A stretch of DNA of 60,430 nt, filler included, from Sphacelaria rigidula (lineage: Eukaryota), in NCBI GenBank assembly GCA_964200075.2. It is 8 parts of 8 records of this genome, joined end to end, with 100 filler letters (N's around TTAATTAATTAA, not from the genome) between each part and the next. Parts side by side here need not be neighbours in the genome. Positions count along the whole stretch, not along the records: positions 7,568 to 15,034 come from CAXNAA020014800.1; positions 15,135 to 22,600 come from CAXNAA020014801.1; positions 22,701 to 30,166 come from CAXNAA020014802.1; 5 more parts are not named here. One strand, written 5' to 3'. This document shows positions 11,761 to 24,885 of this stretch, piece by piece. The stretch's first letter is position 1. Each line of letters opens with the position of its first letter. Both the position numbers and the translations under genes were made by a program. The notes beneath the pieces were generated by a model. That model was not told the origin of the DNA and made no database searches. It saw only the letters and a program-made list of their open reading frames with translations.

Positions 11761-12331
11761 TTCAGCCTGGTCCGGCGAGAACCCGGCGTGCTCCGTCCCG
11801 GCTTTGCAGGGGCGGACCCCCGATCGGGTTGGCGTCGGTTGGCGATGACGCTATTAAACACGTCACTCCCTACGTAAGCTAGGCAACCAGGTTAACGCTT
11901 TTGTTTTTTGCGCGCTTGCGTTTTTGTTTTGCGGTAACCATGATGGTAGTCGACCTAAATCATGTTGTGCCGCGTGGGAGAACCTCAACTCCGCACAATG
12001 GGGATGATTGTACTACGTAGTGTTTACATGGTGAGACACCCATGAGGCAGTGTATAAGCCGTGGCTGTCTCTGGGAGTGGTGATACCAGAGAATGAAGCA
12101 ACTCATTTGAGGCTATCATCCGAATGCAAGATAGTCGGTAGGCTTTAGGTCGAACAATCGTAGCAGGATGCAGCTCACCCTTCATGCGGCTCGCCGAACA
12201 CACCACGGCGCTTGGCGCTTCGTGATTGCGTGAGAGCCCGTTCCGGCGAAAACCCGGCGTGCTCCACCCCGCCTTTGTAGGGATGCGAGGCCAACGGTCA
12301 TATGACTACGGCATGCATGATTATGAGTACA
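11761..12331 (-). mobile_element. ~570-bp dispersed non-coding repeat with internal ~50-bp direct repeat, next to a C-run
   Basis: Reverse complement of 13345-13915; motif agcc(t/c)g(g/t)tccggcga(g/a)aacccggcgtgctcc at ~11764 and ~12235. Confidence 0.85.
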
Positions 12332-12692
12332 GCCGTGAAGCGTGCCAGCCGTCGCTTCTTGAACGACAACATCACACGATGCACGGCTGTAGATGTTGGA
12401 GAGGTGAACACGGCTGGTTGGTAGCGTGAACAACTTCGCAAGAGCCACTTTCGAACTCGCTCGCCCTCCTAGGTCCATGCATCATGCATCAATCGGTACT
12501 TCGTGTCATCGTTGATTCCTCTTGACCCGAGCCCATACTGCTTCGGGACCGCGAAGCCGGAGGGTGTATTTTTCTTCTGCTCACTTCTTTTTCTCCTCTG
12601 GTCATTGTTGAATGTGGCAGGTGGTGTGTCAGTCTCTTAGTCAACTAAAAACATGGACACGTCGATCATGGTGGTACGGTTGACCCGCTTAA

Positions 12693-12810
12693 CCCTTTGG
12701 GAACCCATTGACGATTTTTGTTTGTGTGAATCGGCATCATTTTCTGTCAGTTTCAAGTCAAAATGATGCCGATTCACACAAACAAAAATCGTCAATTGGT
12801 TCCCAAAGGG
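12693..12810. mobile_element. piggyBac-type MITE (118 bp foldback) with TTAA target-site duplication
   Basis: TTAA|CCCTTTGGGAACC...GGTTCCCAAAGGG|TTAA; ~50-bp near-perfect arms. Related half-copy at ~48578-48630. Confidence 0.85.
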
Positions 12811-13344
12811 TTAACATAACAAAAAAACGCATAAATGGATGATGGCGTTCCAATGACTGGTCCAGCCATCGTTCTCGTCATCACGATCGGGAGAAGCACT
12901 TCACCACTCAGGAATGCTCCGGTTTTGACCCTCGGTCGTCCTGCGACCAACGCATGGGGCTACATTTTAAACGAAACCCCTGTTCAACCGCTAGCCAATG
13001 CAGACATATGCGTATTTTATTGTTCGAGTTGAGGGCCCCGAAACACGAACGGCATGTTCGAGTACAACAGATGAGGTGTTGGCGCATTCAAACTAGCCGT
13101 CGCACCCAGCCGGCCAAGCTGATGAAGCAAACTATTATAGCGTGGGTGGATATCGCGACTTCGAATCCCAACCGTAGTGGCGTCTTGCTTCCCTAGCTTT
13201 CCTCGTTCAACAAACGTGCGAACGCAAGTTGGGAAAAATACTAGAACTCCACAAAAGTCGATGGGCTGCGGACATGATCGTCATCCAGTGTTAGACTGAG
13301 GTGTAAGGTCAGCAAATCACCGGGGGTGATTTGGGGGGGAGAGG

Positions 13345-13915
13345 GGGTGAACTCATCATCTTGTATGCCATAATCATATGACCATTGACCTCGCATTCCT
13401 ACGAAGCCGGGATGGAGCACACCGGGTCTTCGCCGGATCAGGCTCGCAATCAATCGCCAGGCGCGAAGCGCTGTGATGTGTTCGGCGAGTCGCATGAATG
13501 GTGAGCTGCATACGGCTGAAATTGTGCCCCCGAAGCGTACTGTTTATCTTGCGTACGGATGACAGCCTACAATGGGATGCTTCATTTTCTAGTATCGCCA
13601 CTTCCAGAGACAGCCATGGCTTGCACACTGCCTCACGGATGTCTCACCATATAGCTACTACGCGGCGTGACCATCCCCTCCCTTTGCGCGGAGTTGAGGT
13701 TTTCCCACCCCGCACAAAATGATCTAGCTCGAACACCATCATGGTTAACGCAAGAAAACGCAAGCGCGCAAAACAAAACGGCAACCTTGTTGCCTAGCTT
13801 ACGCAGTGAGTGGTGTATCCTACAGTGCCATTGCCAACCGGCGCCAACCTCGTAGGGGGTCCATCCCTACAAAGCCGGGACGGAGCACGCCGGGTTCTCG
13901 CTGGACCAGGTTGAA
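13345..13915 (+). mobile_element. Second full copy of the ~570-bp repeat (fragments also at 15135-15205, 30267-30550, ~37988-38035, 52833-52864)
   Basis: Preceded by a G-run; direct-repeat segment at ~13395-13446 and ~13864-13914. Confidence 0.85.
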
Positions 13916-15256
13916 TACCGGAAAGTACCGGAAATTTCAGGGGGAGAGACATGGGCTAATTTGATGTTTCAAGACCCACGAGAGAGGAGATGAATAAGTG
14001 GAACCAAATGGTTTTTCGTTCAGTAGTGAGAAAATTTCACTGCGTATAGCGTCGACAAGTGCGTCTGTTGCAACAGACAAAATATATCATGATGTACGCA
14101 ATACATTTTTTGGCAGTGCAAGCAGGATGTGATTTGATTCAGCAAACTTGAGTGCACAGTGTTCCGAGAGTAAGAAATAGTAAAATACGTTATATAACAT
14201 TGATATCTTCGCAAGCGAGGAACTCATATCTCAACGTATTTTTGCATCACTAGCCAAAGATTTTCCCCACCGGGGAGCAGTTTTTTTTTCTTTCCTTCCC
14301 GAATCATGGAAGGCCCACGCCACAAGCGATGGCTCACCCTTCAACATGAGTAGAATAAAAAAATGAACAATGTAGCGGAGGAAACATAATGGGAGATTCG
14401 ATTTCAAGTTGGTTCACCCTTGGGCCACTGCCCATGCGTAACACAAATCTTGTTGACAACTGCACAGGCACCGCAGGTGAGGTACATACGCGGCACCGGT
14501 ATTTGGGACATCTCATTCCCTACCGATACTGGTCCAATCGGGTATTTTCAAATGTCATGCCCACGTTACCCACGGGGCCATGGTAATTCGATATTTAAAT
14601 GCCCACCTTACCCGTTCGATCGGGTTTTTTCAAATGCCATACCTACGATACTTACGCATACCACGGTATGGGATATCCCGGTGAATACCGGGGGTATACC
14701 CGGTCAATACCGGACGCGATCCACTCCCCATAGTGCAGCAGCTGGTCCCAACTTACGCAAAGGCCAGAAGTTGTCGGAGGAGGTACATGTTGTTCTCACA
14801 AGTAATATTCACCCAGACTCCCCCTGATTTTTGTGTTCGGATCAATTCGAATGAACTCATTATTATGTAGTCTAAAGTGCGGTCGATTTTTTCTCGATCC
14901 AAGGGCGCTTGAAAAAACAAATCCTGGATCCACACTCACTTTTTTCCATTTGGGGCCGATTTGGGGGGGGGGGTATTCATTTGTTGCTTGCCTTAGTCAG
15001 TTGACCATTGACCACGCATCCCTTTCGAGACGGANNNNNNNNNNNNNNNNNNNNNNNNNNNNNNNNNNNNNNNNNNNNTTAATTAATTAANNNNNNNNNN
15101 NNNNNNNNNNNNNNNNNNNNNNNNNNNNNNNNNNATTGTAGGGATGCGAGGTCAATGGTCTGATGAATATGGCATGCATGATCATGAGTACACCCGCCCC
15201 CCCCCTTTTCCCTATTCCTTATGTTGGCGTGAATCACGTGCTCATTGCATCCACAG

Positions 15257-18200
15257 GGAATGTACCTTAAAGGAGAAGGTACGGATGCCAACCATATCAA
15301 AGCTGTGGAACTCTACGAGCTTGCTGCGGCCGAAAACCACGTGCGTGCCCTCAATGGCTTGGGATACGAGTACTTCCACGGGCATGCCGTTCCCCGCAAT
15401 TTGGTAAGCGTTTTGGCATGACGCCGCTCCTTTCGTGTAGTGTTTATCACCGCTTGTTCCTTTGCGCGGCATGTTTTTCGGTTGGGGATGGCCACGATAT
15501 TCCACATGGTCTCGAAGACACAGTGTAAGCCAACTTGCCGACATTGGCTGCTCCCCGAGAACAAAGTGCAACGTTTCCGTCGAAAGCTCGTGTATGGCAC
15601 CATTTCTCGTCTGGCCGCCACTGAGTCTCGGTGTTGCAAGTTTTGGCGAACGCTAGCCTGCCTGCTCGTGCATAATACGCGCTTTTGGATGAAAACAAGC
15701 GAACGAATGTTCATGAAGAAATCAAGAAAGGCAACCAGCTCTAGGCGCGTACTGGAATGCATTACTTTGAACAGACACGAGCATACGAGTACTTCCAACA
15801 GGCGGCAGACATGCGACAAGACGCAGACAGCCTCTTTAACGCTGCTCACTGCCACGCCACGGGCGCTGGGACTCCCGTCGATGTAGAGCGGTGAGTGTTT
15901 CCTTATGAAAAGTGTAACGCGACAAGCCCGCGAAGGGTTCGCTGGAACTCCAGCCGAGAGAAAGTGTATGTAGGCGAGGTGGTTGTACCGAACGATCCTC
16001 TTCGCCAACCGAACGATCCTCTTCGTCAACCATAAGCACAAGGCACATGGACGGGTGGAGGCGTCTTCGTTTGTCCGGCTATGGACGGATGGAGTGGATT
16101 GCTTGTGCACCACCCTTTCCCCCTGGGTAGTCAATGGTCAAACGACTAAGGCAAGCAACGAATGAGTACGCCCCCCCTGGGTATGGCAGCAGTTGCAACA
16201 ACACACGCCGTCTGCAACAAATCTATGTTGTGATGATGACGTGCGTGCGCTGTGGCCCGGAACGAAATGTAGATTTTGGCGAGAAAATACAGACGGACCA
16301 CCTCACGGAATCTACCCGTCACAGAGAGCCCCGAGAGTCCGAGGGCCAGAAAACATAATTTTCGCTCTTTACCGAACCATGAACCCTTGTTGACGGCGAA
16401 CAAGTCATTTTTCAATAAATCCAGGTATGTATGCCAGTGCGAGTTTTTCACTCGTTTTTGTTGTTCAAATTATCCTGCTTTAAATATCCAAAAATCTACG
16501 TTGTCGAAGGAGCAACATTTCAGGCGGGACCCAGAAGCCTATTTTTGGTATCATTACTGACTTTCCGCAATTTTCACTCCATTGTTTCTCCTCTTTTCCC
16601 AGCGCTGCCGAATTGTATCGGCTGGGGGCTGCGTGGGGCCACGTCGATTCTGCGTACGAGTTGGGGGTTATGAGCGCCGGAGGAGCGGGGATGGAGCGCA
16701 GTCCTTCGGATGTAGCGATGTATCTTCTTGTGGTGGCGCAGGCATGAGTGTCAAAACGCTTCATATTTTTACTCCATGACATTAGCGGGTAGCATCAAGG
16801 TGGTTCATACCTTGCAATCAGGAGTATGTGCATCGTCATCGTCGAATGCCGTACTGACTTTTCAACCCCACAATGAGAACTGTATCCCTTGAGGTTTTTA
16901 TACGGGCACCCCACAGTACTCACAAGGAACTCTTGCCCTAGATAAGCGCTATCTACTCGCGCCTCTCGCTGTAGCACGTAACTACTTATCCTGTCGTCAC
17001 CGCGTTCTATTACAATACCGCACCTGTTTCGTTGGATGGTGCGTTTATGAACGGTACAATTTGCACGGTGTCCACAGGCTGGGCCGTGGGGGCGAGTACT
17101 TCGAACCGCGTTCGACTGCTACCTTAAGGGCGACATGCTCTGTGCACTCGCACTCTATGCGCAGGTGCGATGCTGTACGACGTTGAGGACACGCGTGCAT
17201 CGATCGCGGGCACAATGTATGATGTTGTATGAAGGCACGCTGACGATCGAAACTTGCTGCCATTCGTGTACTTTGTGGTAAATTGGTTTGATATACGTCC
17301 TGGTGGTGCTAAGAAGCAGTCCAAATGATAATGCTGCCGATCTCCGACCCGTGCGCGCTTACCAACTTGTCAGACGGCAGAACTTGGATACGAAGTGTCC
17401 GCCAGCAATGCCGCTTATATTATGGATCGGCAAAAAATAGCACTTCGGGATCCCTCTTCACAAGGTATTGTAGAGAAGGTTTGGGAGCCATCTTGTGTAT
17501 GATTTTCCAGGATGTTACGTTTGTTGCTGAAAAGGAAGCAGTCGACTTTGCAAGCGTTTTCCATACAGAAAAGTTCACGTTTGCCGATGTCATCCTTATC
17601 TTTTTCGTTTGTCAGTTTACTCTGTCCTTTCTCTGTCTGTATGTCTGCCTGCCTGACTCTGTCTCTGTTTCTTCTTTTCCCCTATTTCTCGAGATTTATT
17701 TTGTCAGTTTTTCCGTATTGATTTTCCTTGAATGCGTTCATCTTGTGAGCACGGCTGGAGTCGTACTGATATCCATACACTACACTCATGTCAATGGGGG
17801 ATCGGCTAAAGTGCGGGAATCAATCATCCCGAATTCTTGACGAGAGAAAGACCGCGTACAAAAGAGCAGGCAAGAAAATGTCTCGTGATATGCCCCCGAC
17901 AGTGAACGATTTACAGTATGCAGAACTCCTTCACTCTTTCGGGGCAAGTGCGGCATCACTCTCTTCTTCATTTATGAGACAGAATAAAAGAATATCATTC
18001 AGCTGACGTTCAATTCAGGTTCATATTTCGGATAAGCCAACCTGAAGCACCCCCTATGCACTGCCATTTACTGCCAAGGTCCGAGATCTGACGAAAGCCG
18101 TGCCGGGGGCGATCGATCATCCGAGTGGATGCAGGCGATGTCAGTTCGCTGGCACATCATGGCTGCCGACAAGGGATATTCGCCGTCATTTTTGCACATC

Positions 18201-21200
18201 GGAGATGCATTCTTCTATGGTAGAGGCGGACTACCAAGGTAAGGAATTTTGTTTTAACACATGTAGAATAAACGGATAATGGTGTTATCGGCCGCCGTCC
18301 CACCTCGACGGGCGAATATGGCGCATTAATACTACTAATGTCTCTCGCGCATACAACGTTGCGGAGAGATGAAAGGGTATTTATAACCCTAGAAGTGTGG
18401 GCAGTATGACGCGAGGCAGCGCTTCGGTGCTCGTGGTGGGAGTGAGTCGGTGGAGATTGTTCGTTGGGAGCGTTACCGTCGAAGGCCTGGTTCGCAACAT
18501 CTCATCCTCTCGCTACCGTCCATGCGCTGAAAAATGGTTGCGATGAACGCTCCTCTTTTTCATAAAATACCTCATCCACGGTGTGCCCACTTTTGCGGTA
18601 CGTGGGCTATTGCTTCGCGCGAAGTTGGTCAGTTCACCTATTTGTGCCAATGGGCATATGTAGCGGAACTCTCCCCGAGTAACATACAAAGTAGGCACCA
18701 CTCTCCGGTGGTCTGAATGGTGTAGAGTACTACTGTAGTACCAGTACTAGTAGCCGGGTAGGGCGGAAGGTTGATTGATCGATTCATGGATTGATTGAGT
18801 GTCGCACTTCAACTGACCCCCCAGGAGTCATGATCCAGCTCGTGGTCATTATCCACATGATGGACGTACAGTACCCGAGACAAGAAAAACTGAAACACTT
18901 GCTGAAGGGAAAGAAGAAAAAGCAGAAAATGTAGAAGTGAACAGCAAAGTAGACTGAGAAAAAACGACGGCATATATGTATATATGTGTATATATATATA
19001 TAGAAATGGCTGGCCTCTGCCACATGGCTTCGGTGGAAAAGATTCTGCGCAGGACCACAGTCATACTTGGTCGTGAAAAAAAAAAAAGGCCGTGGGAAAA
19101 GATTGGGGCTCATCTATTAGCTTGGGGTTCAAACCCTGACCTTTTGTTTTCAAGCAGAATTCAGTTTCCGCCATTCAAAGCGTACGGGCGCGACTCGATG
19201 ACAGTCGACGGGTTACAGGAGTGCTGTTCCACATACCAAAATACCAGACAGGTACTGCGAGAGAGATGAGATAATCCCTTGAGACCACGGACTCGTCTCG
19301 AGGAGGGGGAGAGCAGGGAGGGGGGGTAGAAGTATGACCAAACCAAACCAAACCAAAGGTCTTTGATTCAGGCGTTGTCCACTGACTCCCTAAGGGTACT
19401 ACGTAGTACCGACCGGTTTCGTCTGCAGATCATCTCAAACGTCCGTATTTCGCTGATATCTCATCAGGGATACCTCGGCAGCTTGCTGGTGGTATTCAAG
19501 AGCAAGTGCATCGGGTTCGGCTCGTGGATCGTACAACTTAGGTAGGCGAGGAGGTCTACCCTCAGCTCGTTGCTCGAATGGTTACATCGTTACGACATTG
19601 GCAAGCGAACGTTGTCGGTTGTGGGCTGTGGGCATCTAGCACGTAGACGCTAGGAATGTGCCAGGCTACATTTGAAATCTTGTCCCGGTACGTGGAAGAC
19701 TATTAGTCAAAACCATGACTAGCCTCTAAACTAACCAGACATACTATTTATTACATGCTACGTGAGCTACGATAAGTTGCCAACAAAACCGGGCAAGCTA
19801 TGCATTTTCATCTGGCATCCATCTATTGCTGTGATATCAGTCGGACGGTGATAACTGAATGTTGTTATGCACACATAAAATATATATCCCTCAAGTACAA
19901 ACGAATGCACGGTATCATTAGCTATTAATAGCACCGCGGTCGAGAGAGGCGAGATGAGATTGCAGAACATGTTGGGATCCGCACCGAGTGAAGAGGATGC
20001 CAAATTCGTAGGCGAAACGCCAACGTGCTAGTTAGAAGTCTACCTAATGTACACATCTAGGTATGCACTTTTCATAGACGAGCCGTGCCGCGATAGGGGT
20101 TTACATAATATTTCTCAGGTTGTAATCGTTACGAGCCCATTATTCAATACAAAAACGACGTACGAATCATGCTACGATAGGGAGGGGGGAATGTTTGATT
20201 CCACCAGAAGGAAGGGCTCGCAGATGTGTCAGACGATCTAACACACTCGCGGCGCGCTTGTATTTTGGGTAAAACCTGTGTCAGGCAGTCTAATTGAGAT
20301 TTATTTATCAGTAATAATAAGCGAGTTCGATTCCTGCTTTCAACGACGATTTGGAGTGGAATTTCGTGCAATAAATTTCCCGAAATACCCCTCCTATCGT
20401 CGCACGGCCCTTACGAAATACGTGACAGCACGCCACGATTAGCATTTCAATGGGCTAGGGATATCTCTAATGGATCTTCAAACTGGAATGCCCAGGCCTA
20501 TATTCTTGTGTAGCTCCTAACTTTACGAACCCTTCAATGAGAAACATGTGGGCCCAAATGTGCAGCCCCTGCAGTGGCGTGACTCAGACACGAGACCAAC
20601 CACGAAACCCGATCATCTTGACGGGGATCAGAATGTCTCTCCCCCTAGGCTTGATGAACAAGTCGACCTAATCGCTCGGCACTGAACATCATGGTAGGGT
20701 ATATGCACGAGCACGGGTTGGGGGTTTCGCGCAACTACGAGCTCGCATGGACGTATTATGACCGGGCCCGTGAGAGCGGGCATGCTGACCGAAGCGACGT
20801 GAACCAAGGGCTGGATGGAATGCCGATAGAGCTTCTGGTTCTTCTCGCCAAGACCAGGTGTGTTGAAGGAATGGCTGCGGAGCTTGTACAATTTTCACTA
20901 GGCTGGAAAGGACAGTGAGTATGTGAAGACGGGATGGTGCTAATGCTAACGATACCAAGCGTGATGCCTGGACCAAAAACTACACTTTCTTCCTGCCTGA
21001 CAGTAGTTCAAAAATAGTCCGTCATTTATTTTGCTCATCGATCCGACCGCACCAAGTAGACTTCGGTCTTACCCATGTTTTAAGTGACGCGCACGCCACA
21101 ATCAATACAGCTCGCTCCAAGAAATGTAATGACACGCTTTGCACCACGCCGTTTTTTTCCCCTCGAAACGTGAAGGTTGTTTCTCAACCGCGCATCGGGT

Positions 21201-21497
21201 GGGGGCCTTGGCAAATTGTGGGGGCATGGCGGCAACGAAAACCATGGCCACCACGCCGAAAAAGCTTGGCTGCTACCGAGAGCGCTGGTTGAGGGATTGG
21301 GGTCATCGCATAGTGTTCTCGACCGGAGTTCAAACACCGTTGAATTCGAAGATCCCCGTCACGATGCGTTATGGCGAAGAACAATGCTAAGTTTATCGCT
21401 GGCGGCGGGCGAACACGTGTTGCTTGTAGTTTTGTTGTCAAGCTTGGCTTATGTTTTGCTACGTAAATGGCGCCGTCGACGTGGGATCCCCCTGTAG
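15257..21497 (+). CDS. SEL1-like repeat membrane protein (SEL1L/Hrd3 family), 3' part; exons 15257-15403, 15775-15890, 16603-16741, 17078-17164, 17374-17464, 18079-18238, 19468-19541, 20698-20857, 21176-21497
   Basis: Nine phase-compatible exons splice to GMYLKGEG..AVELYELAA..ALNGLGYEYFHG / AYEYFQQAA..SLFNAA / VAQAGPW..AFDCYLKGD..AELGYEVSASNAAYIMD / LHIGDAFFYG / [26 protein letters not shown], then a C-terminal TM helix and basic tail. The 5' end is off the scaffold. Confidence 0.9.
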
Positions 21498-23089
21498 TCG
21501 CAATATGTGTGTGGGGCAAAAAGGAAAAGAACTCGGTCAATTTTCGACAATGATATTTGCATCAAGTCAGGTCTCACTCTGTTTATCCTGGTGAGGGAAC
21601 ATGTTGCGAAATCTTGCCCGAAAGAAGCACTGGTTGACGTACCGCACGTACACTATATAGGGATCGTGATTCCCACTCATGAGGCAACACAGAGGCAGCA
21701 CAGAGGCCGCAGGCGAGGGCTGATTGCTTGTGCTCAATGTCTCCCGTGTTCCGAGCACCGTTATATGCTTATTTCTCCCCGCACGAACGAAGTTACTATG
21801 GCTACCCCGTTGAATTCACGCCTGAGGCCCATTTTTATCGAACAAATATTTTTTCGAGAAATCCTGAATTTTTCGAGAGCTCCAAACGGCCGATTATCAT
21901 CGAGTTTTGCCGTCGCTTTTAGATCTCTCACTACGGACACGGTGCTGCTCTCGTCATTGGCTCGCCTTCGCCGCCCTCAGTATACCGCTCCCGCCAACCA
22001 GCAGTGCTTTTTACTCTTCGACATGGCCCAGGGTGTTACTGGCAAGGTACCTCATGACTCTCGAGCGCTTACGAGCGCCGTGCACAGTATACACACATGG
22101 CGGCAGCTCTCCGAAGTGCTGCGTTGCAGTCCGAATTTTTCGTGCTTCTCCAAAATGAAGCGTTGGAGGAAAAATGAAGCCGCTTTATTTCGAAGAAGTC
22201 CGAAAGGCAATATACAAAAAAGTGTACGCTGTAGTGCTTTTGGAACAGAAAAGGGCAACGCATTTTTCGGATTTGGGCGCGGCGCTGCACGCGGGCTGAA
22301 CACCTCGAAAACATGTTCCAGCCCCTCAGCCCCACCGAGCACAAGGTGTCTGGGCAGCATGTCCGACCACTTCTTTCTAATTCACACGTGGCACTAGGCC
22401 TGAGTGCGGCGCGGATAAGGACAGTCTGTGAAAGTACCCATTTTGTAAACAAACCAGGAGGGTACACCCTGCACTCTGCTAAAAATTCATCTCAAGCAAT
22501 GCTACGGTAGGAGCACACAAATATTTTCTGAGGTTAGAATTGTTAGGAGCCCTTTATCTCATCCAAAACGCGACTTATGAAAATATGCGAGAGTACGCCA
22601 NNNNNNNNNNNNNNNNNNNNNNNNNNNNNNNNNNNNNNNNNNNNTTAATTAATTAANNNNNNNNNNNNNNNNNNNNNNNNNNNNNNNNNNNNNNNNNNNN
22701 TGTGCGTTTCGTCGTCTCATCACTGCCATGTGCTTACAGGTACACGTTGATATCCTACTCAGGGGTATTGAGGGCCTCAGTGGCAAGCTACTGCAGTGAG
22801 AATATTGTTCTGGTGGAGGTGCATTTCGGAACTGGAACGGCTTATTATTCTCTAATTGACCACTTTTCACTCTCAATCGTACCTTCAGCTCTCAATTTCA
22901 CGAAAATGTTGTCAAGAGTGAAACAGCGATTAATAATGGTAGAATTTTATGGTTCAAAGGGCCCAAGGTCTGACACGCCAATACATCAAATAAATACTCA
23001 CGATATATTGCATGTCACCCTGTATACGTCAACTCCAGCGAAAGGAGCTGACGTCATCGTATAGAGGGATAAAAATCCATTGGGTAAGC

Positions 23090-23440
23090 CACACTGGTGG
23101 CCATTTGGCTACCTCCAAAATTCCTCTAGGTGGGTAAACTTTTCGAGCCTCCAGAGGAATTAAACGTTTCCGGAGGGGTGCGCGGTCCTCCAGAGGATAT
23201 ATATATATATATATATATATATATTCCTCCAGAGGGATTAAACGCCTCCAGAGGCTTATTTTTGCCTCTGGAGGGCCCCGCATACCCCCACATTCCTCCG
23301 GAAGGGTGCGCGGTCCTCCGGGTCGGTAGAGTTTGGTTTCCTCCAGAGGGATTGAATGATCTCCGGAGTCTTGTTTTCTCTCTGGAGGGCCGCGCATCCC
23401 CCTGGAGGCATTTTGGGGTGTAGCCAAATGGCCGCGTGTG
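23090..23440. mobile_element. Second copy of the 8420-8722 MITE family, with internal (TA)n
   Basis: ggccatttggctacc ... tagccaaatggccgcgtgtg termini and shared subrepeats. Confidence 0.75.
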
Positions 23441-24059
23441 CAGCCTATGTTTCAACACAATAACAGTCGTGATCTACGAACAACCAAACGTATGTTCGAG
23501 GGTGGTCGTTAGCTGCTCTACACCCGCGTCATGGGAAATCAAGTTTGGGCAATACCGTCGACGTGATGTTCAGTAGAGAAACGTACATATACAAGAGTTT
23601 CGGCGGCTTCGCCGCCACGATCAGTGGATCGACAGCCAAGATACATGAGCACCGATAATAGCTGTGTGCGTTGCGTAAAACTAATGCTGGTTCCACAAAC
23701 GACCGTCCATCACAGGTGAAGCTAGAAAACGCATTGCCATTCCGAAAACAAAAAGCACGCAGCTCGAGTCGTAGCTGCTCATCACCCGAGCTGTGCGTGA
23801 CGTTGCATTGATCTGATCAGGATTTAATGAGAAACGATGATTTGCATAAGACGCTCACGAACCGGTAGTAATTCATTCGTGCGTAGTGCCACAGTTTATA
23901 CTTGGAAGAAAACGCCGTAGCTGCTCATCAGCTGAGCACCTTGTTTACCGTCCTCATACCAATCTCTTCAGAACCCCATGAGAAACAATTCGAAAAACGC
24001 CCTGGCGCCATGCAGAAGGCAGTGTCGAAGACAATTGTATTCCGGACCCGAGGAGGCGC

Positions 24060-24885
24060 AAAACGCATTCCTTATGTCCAGCGAAAGGCCAGCGAAGAGG
24101 TATCAGGGAAAACGTGTGTACTCTAAAATCAAGCGCAGACTCGCACATCAAAACACGCTCGAGGTGTTCGATGCAGAGCGGTATCATGATTGATGTCGTG
24201 TGTTGTGGTTGTCAAATAAGTATGATGCCGATTCTATGTTTCCAAGTGAAAATAATGCCGATTCCACCGATAAGCGGTAAAGATGAATGATGGTACCCCT
24301 GACGATCGAAGAGTCCGCTGAGACGTGAAGACAGGAGACTCGATCATGGCAACGCAAGCCCTAATGTCATGTAGAATACAGCTCTATAGCCGTGCAGAAC
24401 ACAGTGCAGAGAGCAAATGTAATCTACACTCAAGCAGGAACAGAACGCACCCTATAATGTCCATCGAATAAAAAGCGAAGAGGCATCAGGGGAAACGTGC
24501 ACTCTAAAATCAAGCACAGACACACACATAAAAAGACGTTTGAGGGGTTCGATGCAGGGTGGTATCATGATTGGTGTCGTGTGTTCTGATTGTCAAATAA
24601 GTATGATGCCGATTCGATATTTAAGTGAGAACGATGCCGATTCCACCGATGAGCGGTTGAGATGGATGGCGGTACCCCTGACGGTCGAAGAGTCCACTGG
24701 GCCGTAGAGAGAGGAAACTCACGGCAACGCAAGTCCTAACGCCACGTGCAACGCAGTGCTAAGGCCTAGCAGGACATAGTGCAGAGAGAAAATGCAGTCT
24801 ACACACAAGCAGGAACAGAAGGCATCCTAATGTCCAGCGAAAGGCAAGCGAAGAGCTACCAGGAAAAACGTAGTCTAAAATCAAG
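24060..24885. repeat. Diverged tandem repeat, ~380-bp unit, ~2.2 copies
   Basis: tgtcca(g/t)cgaa...agcgaagag...tctaaaatcaag recurs at ~24075, ~24458, ~24831. Confidence 0.8.

Noticed and set aside
7568-15034. Upstream exons of the SEL1 gene
   Set aside because: Different scaffold and no SEL1 motifs found.
14963-15205. Apparent TIR element spanning the gap
   Set aside because: The two ends belong to different scaffolds.
15313-16134. 273-aa minus ORF (and 296-aa plus ORF 21507-22397)
   Set aside because: The first is antisense to SEL1 exons and introns; neither has recognisable domains.
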